A DNA stretch of 64,000 nt, from NCBI GenBank assembly GCA_023433925.1, contig JAEYTO010000007.1, positions 5,633 to 69,632 on the forward strand. The letters are read 5' to 3'. The stretch is from Pseudomonadota bacterium (lineage in GTDB: Bacteria > Desulfobacterota > Desulfovibrionia > Desulfovibrionales > Desulfovibrionaceae). Positions within the stretch are counted from its first letter, which is position 1. Every line of letters begins with the position of its first letter. Shown piece after piece: positions 1 to 9,711 of the stretch. The position numbers and the translations under genes were made by a program. The notes under the pieces are model-generated. The model was not told where the DNA came from. It worked only from the letters and a program-made list of their open reading frames with translations, and did not search any database.

Positions 1-104
1 CAGAGGCCAGGTTCCAGGGACAGGAGCTTGATGCCCATGAACTTGTTGAAGGGCAGCTGGTTCTCGATGAGGTCGCGGAAGATTTCGAGTTCCTGGGGGG
101 TCAT
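1..104 (-). CDS. PaaI/hotdog-fold thioesterase, 5' part (runs off the left edge)
   Basis: ATG at 104 reads MTPQELEIFRDLIENQLPFNKFMGIKLLSLEPGL; the duplicate at 1112-1291 continues into ...ELVGDARRGALHGG, the PaaI-type HGG motif. Confidence 0.7.
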   Translation of the reverse strand, partial: MTPQELEIFRDLIENQLPFNKFMGIKLLSLEPGL

Positions 105-261
105 GAAGTGGCTCCGTGGGGATTGCCTGCGGCGGGCTTCGGAGAAAGGCGTTCGAAGCGGGTGGGCAGGCGGGATTTGCGTTGCGGAATCAGTCGAACA
201 GTTGGAGGAGGATAGCGGAAGACGCCGCACAGGACAAATCTAGCGGCCTGGCGGCATGTGA

Positions 262-471
262 TCACTCGGCGCGAGATGCCTGGGACAGCCGCTCGGGAAT
301 CTTCTCGGGCGGAATCTCGACCACTTGGCCGTCCTCCCAGACCACGGCAGGCACGCCATCGGCCACGTGGCGCAGGAGGTCCTTGCGCACGGCGGCCTGG
401 AGCGCCTCGTCGAGTCCTCGGCCTTCCAGAAGGATGGCGGTGATGTCCTTAGTGCTTTTCTTCTCTGCCAT
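262..471 (-). CDS. Small hypothetical protein (69 aa), partner of the zeta-like ATPase (possible antitoxin)
   Basis: Overlaps the ATPase stop; MAEKK...ALQAAVRKDLLRH...GVPAVVWEDGQVVEIPPE resembles the small genes usually found next to this ATPase family. Confidence 0.65.
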   Translation of the reverse strand: MAEKKSTKDITAILLEGRGLDEALQAAVRKDLLRHVADGVPAVVWEDGQVVEIPPEKIPERLSQASRAE

Positions 472-1054
472 ATCGGGCTCGCATGTCTGCCCATTCGCGC
501 GGGGCGGGAGTTTCCAGAACCCGCTCGCCCGACCCCATGGCCAGGAGGCGCGGTCCGGTTTTGCGTGAATTATCGTAGAAGCGCCAGGATGCGGTCAAGG
601 GCATGTACAAGGTGAAGAAGTTCCGCAGGCCGGCCTCGTAGCGTCTGCGCACGACCTCCTCGGGTATGTCGTGCCCGCCGCGGCACACCCTGCTCCGCAC
701 GCGCGCCAGGGCCATCTCGGGGCTGGGAAGCCACAGGAAAACGATGTGCAGGGCGTAGCCCTGCGCTTTCTGCAAGCCGCGTATCCAGGCGGCATAGCTC
801 TTGGCCGCCAAGGTCGTCTCAAAGGCGAAGTCCGCATTCTCCGCAGCCAGGGCCTTGAGGCGCTCCAGCATGATGCGCCCGGCCTGCACGGCCGCGCTCT
901 CGGGGCTGAAGCCGGAAAGGCCCTGGGCGATGACATCGGCGTTCACGAAGAACGGAACATCGAGAATGTCGCGCAACAGGGCCGGGGCGGTAGTGGTTTT
1001 GCCCGCGCCGTTGGGGCCGGCGATGATGATGACGTTGGGGCTGTGGGTGGTCAC
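449..1054 (-). CDS. Zeta-toxin-like / COG4185-type P-loop ATPase
   Basis: Walker A IIAGPNGAGKTT, VNADVIA, FAFETTLA, RVRSRVCRGGHDIP motifs; GTG start. Confidence 0.85.
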   Translation of the reverse strand: MTTHSPNVIIIAGPNGAGKTTTAPALLRDILDVPFFVNADVIAQGLSGFSPESAAVQAGRIMLERLKALAAENADFAFETTLAAKSYAAWIRGLQKAQGYALHIVFLWLPSPEMALARVRSRVCRGGHDIPEEVVRRRYEAGLRNFFTLYMPLTASWRFYDNSRKTGPRLLAMGSGERVLETPAPREWADMRARYGREEKH

Positions 1055-1111
1055 GGTGGGGGGAATGTATGCTGTTGCGCTGGCGACGGCAACTTAGCGA
1101 TCGTTCCCGGC

Positions 1112-1291
1112 TACGATGACGCCCCGCCGTGCAGCGCCCCGCGCCGCGCGTCGCCGACCAACTCGTCCTTGTAGGGGATGAAGAGCTTGCAGAGCCCGGC
1201 TCCAGGGACAGGAGCTTGATGCCCATGAACTTGTTGAAGGGCAGCTGGTTCTCGATGAGGTCGCGGAAGAAGTTGAGGTCAGAGGGGGCAT
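1112..1291 (-). pseudogene. Frameshifted, truncated second copy of the PaaI thioesterase 5' end
   Basis: 1201-1270 is identical to 13-82; single-base indels break the frame; similarity ends near 1112. Confidence 0.8.
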
Positions 1292-1545
1292 GTGGGGCTC
1301 CGTGGGGGTTGCCTGCGGCGGGCTTCGGGGGAAAAACCATGGAGTGAGAAATCGGACTAAACTGGTGCAGGAGAGTGAAATCTCTGCTTGGGAAATAGTA
1401 TTATAAGCAATGAAAACGGACAGAGGTTTATAGGTGAACTATAAAACATCCTGATATCGCTTGGTGAATCTACCGTTAACTATATTCTTCCTTCGCGCGT
1501 TAGGCTAATAAGAAATATCCAACAAGCATTCGAACCAATTTAGAA

Positions 1546-2199
1546 TTAGTTATCAATAATATTATGCGGCAGAGGCTCTTTCACGCTTGTATTTTTAGAA
1601 AGAAATACCTCGAAATGATTTCTAATCTCCGTTTCGCTTTCAGGAATACCAATCCGTGATAAGAAATTGCAATACCTTTGTGAGAGAAACTCACGATATA
1701 GATACGGTAGTGAGGCTGTATACATTTTTGGCTGTATATTCTTGTAAAAAAATTCGGTTGGTATTGTGATTATATGCTTAAAATCAATTACCATCTCTGG
1801 AATATTTAAATCTAAGTCCTTCTCAAGGTAATGATATCTATCATTCTTATTCTTAATTATGACAGACCATCTTTCCCTATTAATCTTATCCATTTTGTAT
1901 TCTAAGGACTGAAGATGATCACCTGATCTTAGCTGTTCGGCTAAGTATGCTGGCGCAATTATGATAGACGGCAGCAACTTATCATGAGAAATAATCTTCT
2001 CGCAGGTACGTACCTTATAATCTTGCTCTAAGTCACACTCTTGAGAGAGAATAACGCAATAGTTATACTGGATAGATTCTAGCTCTGGATATTCACCACC
2101 CTCCTCATCATTGTTAACTTTGTATGGAATATAATACTCAACGTTAGAGTAAATATCTCCTTGGCACGGCCGGATTGGATTTGGATTTTTTAAATACAT
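1546..2199 (-). CDS. Hypothetical protein with a PemK/MazF-like motif layout
   Basis: 217-aa AT-rich ORF with QGDI, VILSQECD, IIIAP, VIDFK, REFLSQRY..FLSRIG; the fold call is inference. Confidence 0.75.
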   Translation of the reverse strand: MYLKNPNPIRPCQGDIYSNVEYYIPYKVNNDEEGGEYPELESIQYNYCVILSQECDLEQDYKVRTCEKIISHDKLLPSIIIAPAYLAEQLRSGDHLQSLEYKMDKINRERWSVIIKNKNDRYHYLEKDLDLNIPEMVIDFKHIITIPTEFFYKNIQPKMYTASLPYLYREFLSQRYCNFLSRIGIPESETEIRNHFEVFLSKNTSVKEPLPHNIIDN

Positions 2200-2201
2200 T
2201 T

Positions 2202-2453
2202 TTAGGAAATTTTTTTAAAGATAAATCTATTCCTTCTAACTTTTGTCTCTCCGTATTTGGCAGAAACTTGATCAAACAAGTTTAATTTTTTAAATATAGG
2301 CTCATCTGGTTTATCAGATTTAGTTGAGTATCTTTCTGTTGACATAGAAAAGCTTACAACAGACCCCCTCTCTGCAGTTTCCACTCTTGAGGCAACATGC
2401 TCTGAGTGACAATCAAAATACGTGTTTTCGCAAAGTTCCTTATCATACTTCAT
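2202..2453 (-). CDS. Small hypothetical protein (83 aa)
   Basis: ATG overlaps the upstream TGA (ATGA); its stop is 2 nt before the next ATG. Confidence 0.65.
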   Translation of the reverse strand: MKYDKELCENTYFDCHSEHVASRVETAERGSVVSFSMSTERYSTKSDKPDEPIFKKLNLFDQVSAKYGETKVRRNRFIFKKIS

Positions 2454-3184
2454 GATAGCTTCCCCATCTCGGTTCTAAGACTATCTCCAATACTACTCTC
2501 AAATAGATCTTCGATGTATTTGTTAAACCTTTTTAGACAAGGCAACGTAGAGTCTACATCTCTCTCATCACTATTGATGCAGTCAAAATCAAGGACAAAT
2601 TCTTTCTTCGTAATGCTATTAGGATACTGAGTATTAAATATTCCATGTTGAAATATAACAAGAGCATCATCAACTTTTATGTGCATCTGCGTCATCGCTC
2701 TGTAAACACTATCTTGAGGTTTTGGCATGAAACTCAAGAAAGAGTAGAGCGTAGGATTAATATAGCCGGTCCATTCGAAGGGATTTCCTGACAAACTAAT
2801 TTGATTTATATATCGAAGGCCAATCCGCTTAATTATATCTGGTTTGTAAACTCTGTTAAACACATCGAAGACGGGTTCAAGCTGGGCAAATAGTTCCTTG
2901 GAATCGGAATAAGAAGTAAACTCAAGCGCAAGATAATTAAAACACAAACTAACTGATCTTTTATTATCTTTTGAAATAAATTTCCAAACTGTAGGCGCCT
3001 GATTTGAAGTCGCTCCTGTTGGCCCTATGGACAACTCTACACCATCTACTCTCTCAAGCCTTGGGAAGTTACTTCTTATCGCATCCTGAAAATCTACAGG
3101 CTCAGTGCTCTTAATGGAGAGTATTGGATTAAAATCAACCCTTGCTATAACATTCGTAAGAAAATTCTTTTTGTACGTGGGCAA
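2450..3184 (-). CDS. TIGR04255-like family protein
   Basis: N-terminal YKKNFLTNVIARVDF, central IKRIGLRYIN, C-terminal FVLDFD...LFESSI; TTG start with GGAGGG RBS at 3192-3197. Confidence 0.8.
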   Translation of the reverse strand: MPTYKKNFLTNVIARVDFNPILSIKSTEPVDFQDAIRSNFPRLERVDGVELSIGPTGATSNQAPTVWKFISKDNKRSVSLCFNYLALEFTSYSDSKELFAQLEPVFDVFNRVYKPDIIKRIGLRYINQISLSGNPFEWTGYINPTLYSFLSFMPKPQDSVYRAMTQMHIKVDDALVIFQHGIFNTQYPNSITKKEFVLDFDCINSDERDVDSTLPCLKRFNKYIEDLFESSIGDSLRTEMGKLS

Positions 3185-3428
3185 ACCAATTCCCTCCTAA
3201 TATGCCAAATCCAAGTGTAAACCATGTAACACCTGGGCAGAAATGCGCAAATCGATTTTTTTTGGTAAAATTAACAAACCAAAAAATAGCGCAAATTCTA
3301 TGACGAATCAAGTTGTTCGCCAGTTGGCCAAGCCCGCGTGTTTTCCATCGTAAGGGTGATCGCAACACGTTTCAAACTTCTAAAATGTGTGCGTGACCTG
3401 AGACGAAGATTTAGTCAGAAGGCAATGG

Positions 3429-3456
3429 AAAAGGCCGCTCTTTCGAGCGGCCTTTC
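3429..3456. terminator. Intrinsic terminator downstream of tRNA-Ala
   Basis: aaaggccgctc-tttc-gagcggccttt hairpin flanked by A/T tracts. Confidence 0.75.
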
Positions 3457-3469
3457 TTGCTTCCTATCG

Positions 3470-3545
<76 letters not shown>

Positions 3546-3712
3546 ACGCCGTTGGAGGAGGTGAAAATAGCCAAAAGCGCCGGATTGTCAACCCGGAAAA
3601 TAACCCTGCCGAAAAAAACCGCCCCGCCCGGCCCATCCCGCCGTTCCCCGCGTTGCCTAGCGCCGCGTCTTGGCCTACAAGGGTGCATGATCGGAACGCT
3701 TTCGAGGGCAAC

Positions 3713-4711
3713 ATGCTCGGCATCCTGACCCGCATCCTGGGCAAGCTCCTGTGGGTGGCCGTGGTCTTCTTCGGCATCACGGTCATCAGCTTCTGGGTCA
3801 TCCACCTGGCCCCCGGCTCGCCCACGGACCTCCAGACGACCATGAACCCCGAGGTCTCGGCCGAGTCGCGCCGCAGGCTGGAGGAGCTGTACGGCCTCGA
3901 CAAGCCGCTGCACGTCCAGTACGTGACCTGGGTCTCGCGCCTGGCGACCTTCGACTTCGGCCGCTCCATGTCCGGCGACCACCGGCCCGTGTGGGACAAG
4001 ATCAAGGAGCGGCTGCCGCTGACCTTCGGCATGAACATGCTGTCCCTCGTGCTGACCCTGGCCATCACCATCCCCATCGGCGTGGCCTCGGCCTACTGGC
4101 AGGGCGGCCTGTTCGACCGGGCCATGACGGTCTTCGTCTTCCTGGGCTTCGCCATGCCCGGCTTCTGGCTGGCGCTATTGCTCATGCTCTGGCTCGGCGT
4201 GCATTGGCAGCTCCTGCCCATATCGGGCCTGACCAGCCTGGACTTCGCCTACATGACGACCTGGGAGCAGATCATGGACCTGGCCGCGCACCTGGCCATG
4301 CCCATCTTCATCTACACCTTCGGCAGCCTGGCCGGCATGTCGCGCTTCATGCGCGCGAGCATGCTGGAGGTCCTGCGCCAGGACTACATCCTCACGGCCA
4401 GGGCCAAGGGCCTGCCCGCGCGCACCGTGGTCTTCAAGCACGCCCTGCGCAACGCACTCCTGCCGGTCATCACCATCCTGGGCCTGTCCATACCGGGCCT
4501 CATCGGCGGCAGCGTCATCATCGAGTCCATCTTCGCCCTGCCTGGCCTGGGGCAGCTCTTCTACCAGGGCGTCATGGCCCGCGACTACCCGCTCATCATG
4601 GGCAACCTCGTGCTCGGCGCGGTGCTGACGCTGGCCGGCAACCTGCTGGCCGACCTGGCATATGGCCTGGCCGACCCGCGCATCCGCTCCGGAGGCGGCC
4701 GTGCCGGATAA
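3713..4711 (+). CDS. Peptide/nickel ABC transporter permease (DppB/OppB family)
   Basis: FDFGRSM, EAA-type YILTARAKGL...KHALRNALLPVIT, ARDYPLIMG. Confidence 0.93.
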   Translation: MLGILTRILGKLLWVAVVFFGITVISFWVIHLAPGSPTDLQTTMNPEVSAESRRRLEELYGLDKPLHVQYVTWVSRLATFDFGRSMSGDHRPVWDKIKERLPLTFGMNMLSLVLTLAITIPIGVASAYWQGGLFDRAMTVFVFLGFAMPGFWLALLLMLWLGVHWQLLPISGLTSLDFAYMTTWEQIMDLAAHLAMPIFIYTFGSLAGMSRFMRASMLEVLRQDYILTARAKGLPARTVVFKHALRNALLPVITILGLSIPGLIGGSVIIESIFALPGLGQLFYQGVMARDYPLIMGNLVLGAVLTLAGNLLADLAYGLADPRIRSGGGRAG

Positions 4712-5573
4712 CATCGCCACGGAGTTCGCCTTCCGCAAGCCCGCGCGCGCAGGCTACCTCTTCTCGCGCTACGGCATGTTCGTCACGGGCGCGCTCATCG
4801 TGGGCGTCATGTCCGTCGCCGCGATCCTGGCGCCCTGGCTCGCGCCGTACGACCCCGCGCTGCTCGACGTGGACTCCATCCTCCTGCCGCCGCTCTCGGC
4901 CGGCCATGTCCTGGGCACCGACTGCCTGGGCCGCGACGTGCTCTCGCGCATGCTCTGGGGCGGCCGCATCTCCCTGTGGGTCGGCTTCGTGGCCGTGGGC
5001 CTGTCCATGGCCATCGGCCTCGTGCTCGGGCTCATCGCCGGCTACCGGGGCGGCCTGACCGACGAGATCGTCATGCGCGGCGTGGACGTCATGCTCTGCT
5101 TCCCGTCCTTCTTCCTCATCCTGGCGGTCATCGCCTTCCTGGAGCCGAGCCTGTTCAACATCATGGTCGTCATCGGCCTGACCTCCTGGATGGGCGTGGC
5201 CCGCCTCGTGCGCGCCGAGACCCTGAGCCTCAAGCGCCGCGACTATGTGCAGGCCGCGCGCGTGGCCGGGGCCGGGCCGCTGCGCATCCTGTTCATCCAC
5301 ATCCTGCCCAACGCCCTCGCGCCCGTGCTCGTGTCCGCCACCCTGGGCGTGGCCGGGGCCATCCTCGTGGAGTCGTCGCTGTCCTTCCTGGGCCTGGGCG
5401 TGCAGCCGCCCACCCCGAGCTGGGGCAACATGCTCATGGAAGGCAAGGAGGTCCTGGAGATCGCGCCCTGGCTGTCCATCCTGCCCGGCCTGGCCATTCT
5501 CGTCACGGTGCTCGGCTACAACCTCCTGGGCGAGTCCCTGCGCGACCTGCTCGACCCGCGCCTGCGCCGGTAG
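4701..5573 (+). CDS. Peptide/nickel ABC transporter permease (DppC/OppC family)
   Basis: HVLGTDCLGRDVLSR, HILPNAL, SLSFLGLGVQPPTPSWG; GTG start overlapping the upstream gene. Confidence 0.93.
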   Translation: MPDNIATEFAFRKPARAGYLFSRYGMFVTGALIVGVMSVAAILAPWLAPYDPALLDVDSILLPPLSAGHVLGTDCLGRDVLSRMLWGGRISLWVGFVAVGLSMAIGLVLGLIAGYRGGLTDEIVMRGVDVMLCFPSFFLILAVIAFLEPSLFNIMVVIGLTSWMGVARLVRAETLSLKRRDYVQAARVAGAGPLRILFIHILPNALAPVLVSATLGVAGAILVESSLSFLGLGVQPPTPSWGNMLMEGKEVLEIAPWLSILPGLAILVTVLGYNLLGESLRDLLDPRLRR

Positions 5574-5640
5574 GTTGCCCGCGCCCGGCGCTTCTGGTAA
5601 GCGTGCGCTGCCCAATCGGGGACGTCGCCCGAGCCCCTGT

Positions 5641-5691
5641 CAGGGGCGCTGCCCCTGGACCCCGCCAAGGGCCACGGGCCCTTGGAACCCG
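5641..5691. repeat. REP-like double-hairpin intergenic repeat
   Basis: caggggcgctgcccctg and ccaagggcc...ggcccttggaaccc; shares cccttggaaccc with the copies at 41.6 and 57 kb. Confidence 0.65.
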
Positions 5692-5928
5692 TGTTTCGGC
5701 GCGGTCGCGTCCCTCGAAGACTCGGGCCACGCCCGCGCCGGGAGTCTGGGGTCTTGGGCCGCCGGGCGTTTTGTGGTATAAGAGATCACGGGCGAGGTTG
5801 TTTCCCCACCGGAACGCACCTCGCTCGATTCCTTTTTGACGAAACGAAGCCAATCGCCCGCCAGCCTTAGAGCCCCAAGGGACAACGGCTCGGCGGCATC
5901 CTGTTTTTCCATATCAAGGAGACTCACC

Positions 5929-7026
5929 ATGGCCCTGTCCATAGGCATCGTCGGCCTGCCCAACGTGGGCAAGTCCACGCTCTTCAACGCGCTGACCAAG
6001 GCCCAGAACGCCGAGTGCGCCAACTACCCCTTCTGCACCATCGAGCCCAACAAGGCCGTGGTGCCCGTGCCCGACGAGCGGCTCAACGTAATCGCCAAGC
6101 TGGTCAAGCCGCAGAAGGTCGTGCATACCACCGTGGACTTCGTGGACATCGCCGGCCTGGTCAAGGGCGCGAGCAAAGGCGAGGGGCTTGGCAACAAGTT
6201 CCTGGCCAACATCCGCGAGTGCCAGGCCATCCTGCACGTGGTGCGCTGCTTCGAGGGCGACGTGGTGCACGTGGACGGCAGTGTGGACCCCCTGCGTGAC
6301 ATCGAGACCATCGACACAGAGCTGATCCTGGCCGACTTGCAGATCGTGGAGAACAAGGCCGATCGGCTGTCCAAGCAGCTCAAGGGCGACAAGAAGCTCC
6401 AGGCGACGCTGGACGCGGCCAAGGCCCTGGCCGAGCACCTGGGCAAGGGCGAGCCGGCCGCGACCTTCGCGGGCCGCGACAGCGACGCGGCCAAGGCGCT
6501 CTTCAAGGAAATGGGCCTCATCACGGCCAAGAACGTCATCTACTGCTGCAACGTGGACGAGCAGGCCCTGGCCGAGGACAACGCGCACGTGACACGCGTG
6601 CGCGAGCTGGCCGCCAAGCGCGGCGCGCCCGTGGTCAAGATCTCGGCCAAGGTCGAGGAGGAGCTGGTGGGCATGTCCGACGAGGAGTACCTGGAGTTCC
6701 TCACGTCGTTCGGCGTGAAGGAGTCAGGCCTGGCCCAGGTCATCCGCACGGGCTACGCCTCCCTGGGCCTCATCAGCTTCTTCACGGCCGGCGAGAAGGA
6801 GGTCCGGGCCTGGACCGTGCTCCAGGGCTGGAAGGCGCCCCAGGCCGCGGGCGTCATCCACACGGACTTCGAGCGCGGCTTCATCCGCGCCGAGGTCATC
6901 GCCTACAAGGACTACGTGGCCTGCGGCACCGAGGCCGCCTGCCGCTCCAAGGGCCTGCTGCGCGTGGAGGGCAAGGAGTACGAGGTCAAGGACGGCGACG
7001 TCATGCATTTTCTCTTCAATGTCTAG
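5929..7026 (+). CDS. ychF: Redox-regulated ATPase YchF
   Basis: [54 protein letters not shown]. Confidence 0.97.
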   Translation: MALSIGIVGLPNVGKSTLFNALTKAQNAECANYPFCTIEPNKAVVPVPDERLNVIAKLVKPQKVVHTTVDFVDIAGLVKGASKGEGLGNKFLANIRECQAILHVVRCFEGDVVHVDGSVDPLRDIETIDTELILADLQIVENKADRLSKQLKGDKKLQATLDAAKALAEHLGKGEPAATFAGRDSDAAKALFKEMGLITAKNVIYCCNVDEQALAEDNAHVTRVRELAAKRGAPVVKISAKVEEELVGMSDEEYLEFLTSFGVKESGLAQVIRTGYASLGLISFFTAGEKEVRAWTVLQGWKAPQAAGVIHTDFERGFIRAEVIAYKDYVACGTEAACRSKGLLRVEGKEYEVKDGDVMHFLFNV

Positions 7027-7029
7027 CGC

Positions 7030-7075
7030 TTGCAGGGGGCGGCGAGAAAATGTCTGTAGTCGTCGCCCCTTGCAA
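7030..7075 (+). terminator. Hairpin after ychF
   Basis: ttgcagggggcggcga / tcgtcgccccttgcaa 16-bp stem with G-U pairs. Confidence 0.55.
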
Positions 7076-7147
7076 CTGCAAAATTCGTCTAGAAAAAGCG
7101 CACCGGGGGCTTTACAGGGAACCGGGCGCAGGTGTACAAGGGAATCA

Positions 7148-7340
7148 ATGCATCGGGATGGTCCCGTCGCAGATCGGAGTCACTGCAACGGAGGGTAGTC
7201 AGAGTTAAGCCATCTACCCATCATACCTGGCAATTGAGTGCCACTCCAAGATTCGCCCGTGCGCGATAAGGTTCCCGGCAGCCAGCCAATGGGAATCAGC
7301 CGCTTCAGCGGTACTACGCGCCCACGGCGAATCTTTTTTA
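7148..7340 (+). ncRNA. Candidate structured non-coding RNA, family not recognised
   Basis: Nested stems gggtag/ctaccc, tggca/tgcca, aagattcgcc/ggcgaatctt, ttccc/gggaa, ccgc/gcgg; ends in a T6 run. Confidence 0.4.
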
Positions 7341-7480
7341 GCCCCGCCTCCTTCTTCCCTGCCCTCCCTCGACCATCGGATCACAACGCCATTCTCGCGC
7401 AACCGCCGGCCCGGTCTGGTCTGGATCGGCGCGGATTCAAAATTCGTGCGCGGCATCAAATCGCTTTGGAGCAGTCCACA

Positions 7481-7560
7481 AAGGTGCGGGTTCCAAGGGC
7501 CGTCTTGTCGAGAGCAGGCCTTGACGGGTGGAGTCCGGGAGGAGCAAAGCCCTTCCCGGT
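7481..7560. repeat. MITE/REP-like family copy
   Basis: tgcgggttccaagggccg...gcaaagcccttcccggt matches the reverse complement of 41556-41632 and 56921-56996. Confidence 0.8.
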
Positions 7561-7872
7561 GCAAACCGCTTTGGTTGCCGTGCGCCATGCGCCCGAGCGT
7601 CGCTCTCCTGTGCGCGACTGCTCCGGCCCGGCGGCCTTGGGCGGGTCAGGATGCCTGAACCGGGGAGATTCAGTCCGGGGGCATTTTTTGTTATGTCCGT
7701 TCGCGCTGAGCTCATGAAAACCTGATCCGGACAGCCAGCGGCGCAGGGCCGGTATTCTTGGCGGGTGCGGCTGGGCCGGGACTATTTCGGCCGGCGCGCG
7801 TTCCGCCGGCGGACGGCGCAAGGGCGACCGCCCACGACCGCATCGGCACGCCGGCCCGGCACGAGACAGCAC

Positions 7873-9711
7873 ATGGAAAACCCCTTCGCCCCATACGGCG
7901 TCCTGGGGCTCCCGCCCCAGTGGCAGGCCCTGCTCGACGCCAACCCGCTTGCCGTGTTCGTCTGGCGGCGCTCGGAGCGGGGCATCGTCCTCATCGGCTG
8001 CAACGGCGCGGCGCAGCGCCTGACCGGCGGCCAGGCCGCGGAGCACTTCGGCTGCCTGGCCGAGGAGGTCTACCCTGACCGGCCGGAGCTCGTGCGGGAT
8101 CTGCGCAACTGCCTCCAGTGGCGCTCGGGCTTCGAGCGCGAGGCCGAGCACGTCCTGCGCGGCCGCAAGGGCCTGGAGGTCCTGCTCCAGTACGCCTTTG
8201 TGGAGCCGGGCTACGTCCTGGTGCACGTGCGCGACCACACGCCTTTGGCGCGCTCGGAGCGCAGGCTGCGCCGCAGCCGGCATCGGCTGCAGGCCGTGTT
8301 CGACAACGCGGCCATCGGCATCGGCCTGTTCGACGCCCGCGGCCGTCTGGTGCGTTTCAACCAGAAGCTGCGGCGCATGCTCGGCTACTCGGCCAAGGAG
8401 CTCTGGGGCATGAGCCACCTGGAGTTCACGCATCCCGACGACCTGGAGGTCAGCCGGATGCGCATGGAGGGCATGGCCGCCGGCGAGATCGAGTCCTATC
8501 GCCTGGAGAAGCGCTACGTGCGCAAGGACGGGAGCGTGTTCTGGGGCGACCTCTCGGTGACGCCCATTCACCGGGCCGACGGCGGCCTGGAGTCCATCCT
8601 CGGCCTCATCGTGGACATCACGGCGGGCAAGGCCGCCGAGGCCGAGCTCAGGGAGAGCGAGGCAAGGCTCAGGGCCGTATTCGAGCACGCGGGCACGGGC
8701 ATCGTGGTCCTGGACTTCCAGGGCTCCATCCAGAGCGCCAATCCGGCCTTCTGCCGCATGGTCGGCTTTCCCGGCGAGGAGCTGCGCGGCAGGCGCTTTC
8801 AGGACCTGGCGCACATGGAGGATATCGGATCGGCCAGGGGCAGGTCCTCCGGGCGCGCGCAGGCCGTGGACGAGTGCCAGGGCGAGCTGCGCCTGCGCAG
8901 CCTCGACGGGCGAGTCCTGTGGGCCGAACTCACCGCGACCTTCCTGCGCGACGGCCAGGGCCGGCCCAAGGCCCTGATCTGCCTGGTGGACGACATCAGC
9001 GCGCGCAGGCAGGCCCAGGAGTTGCGCGAGGACGTGGAGCGCATCACGCGCCACGACCTCAAGGCCCCGCTCAACGCCATGATCTACATCCCGCGCATGC
9101 TGCGCAGGGAGAGCCTGACTCCGCGCCAGCACGAGCTGACGGCCATGGTCGAGTCCTCGGCCTACAGGATGCTGGCCATGATCAACCGCTCCCTGGACCT
9201 GTATAAGATGGAGCAGGGCACGTATCTGCTGCGGGCCGAGGACATGGACCTTTTGTCGGTGCTGCGCCGAGTGCTTACGGAGCTGCGCGAGCGCATCGAG
9301 AGCAAGGGGCTCGCGGTGGAGGTTCGCGTGGACGGCTGCCCCCCGCGAGAGAACGGCAGCTTCCCCATGCGCGGCGACGCGCTGCTCTGCCACGGCATGC
9401 TCGCCAACCTGATCACCAACGCCTTGGAGGCCTCGCCCAAGGGCGGGCCGCTCGGCCTGGCCATCGAGAGCCTGGCCGGCGAGGAGGTCTCCATCGCCAT
9501 CCACAATCTCGGCACGGTGCCCGAGTCCATCCGCGAACGGTTCTTCGAGAAGTACGTGACCTGCGGCAAGCCCCACGGCACGGGCCTGGGCACCTACAGC
9601 GCCAGGCTCGCCGCCGAGACCCACGGCGGGCGCATCGCCTGCGAGACCTCCGAGGCCGAGGGCACCACCGTGCGCGTGCTCCTGCCCAGGTGGGCGGGTC
9701 CGGCGGAGTAG
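7873..9711 (+). CDS. PAS-domain sensor histidine kinase
   Basis: PAS/PAC segments (FTHPDD, RYVRKDGS), H-box RHDLKAPL, N-box NLITNALEA, GTGLG. Confidence 0.9.
   Translation: MENPFAPYGVLGLPPQWQALLDANPLAVFVWRRSERGIVLIGCNGAAQRLTGGQAAEHFGCLAEEVYPDRPELVRDLRNCLQWRSGFEREAEHVLRGRKGLEVLLQYAFVEPGYVLVHVRDHTPLARSERRLRRSRHRLQAVFDNAAIGIGLFDARGRLVRFNQKLRRMLGYSAKELWGMSHLEFTHPDDLEVSRMRMEGMAAGEIESYRLEKRYVRKDGSVFWGDLSVTPIHRADGGLESILGLIVDITAGKAAEAELRESEARLRAVFEHAGTGIVVLDFQGSIQSANPAFCRMVGFPGEELRGRRFQDLAHMEDIGSARGRSSGRAQAVDECQGELRLRSLDGRVLWAELTATFLRDGQGRPKALICLVDDISARRQAQELREDVERITRHDLKAPLNAMIYIPRMLRRESLTPRQHELTAMVESSAYRMLAMINRSLDLYKMEQGTYLLRAEDMDLLSVLRRVLTELRERIESKGLAVEVRVDGCPPRENGSFPMRGDALLCHGMLANLITNALEASPKGGPLGLAIESLAGEEVSIAIHNLGTVPESIRERFFEKYVTCGKPHGTGLGTYSARLAAETHGGRIACETSEAEGTTVRVLLPRWAGPAE

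Noticed and set aside
7136..7200. Cobalamin riboswitch (AAGGGAATC...GGTCCCG...CACTG resemblance)
   Set aside because: Lacks the GGTG/ATCC stem and the 3' B12 box (AGYCAG.A.ACC.GCC); no B12-related gene downstream
7148..7340. Retron msr-msd or group II intron remnant
   Set aside because: No adjacent reverse transcriptase and no domain V motif
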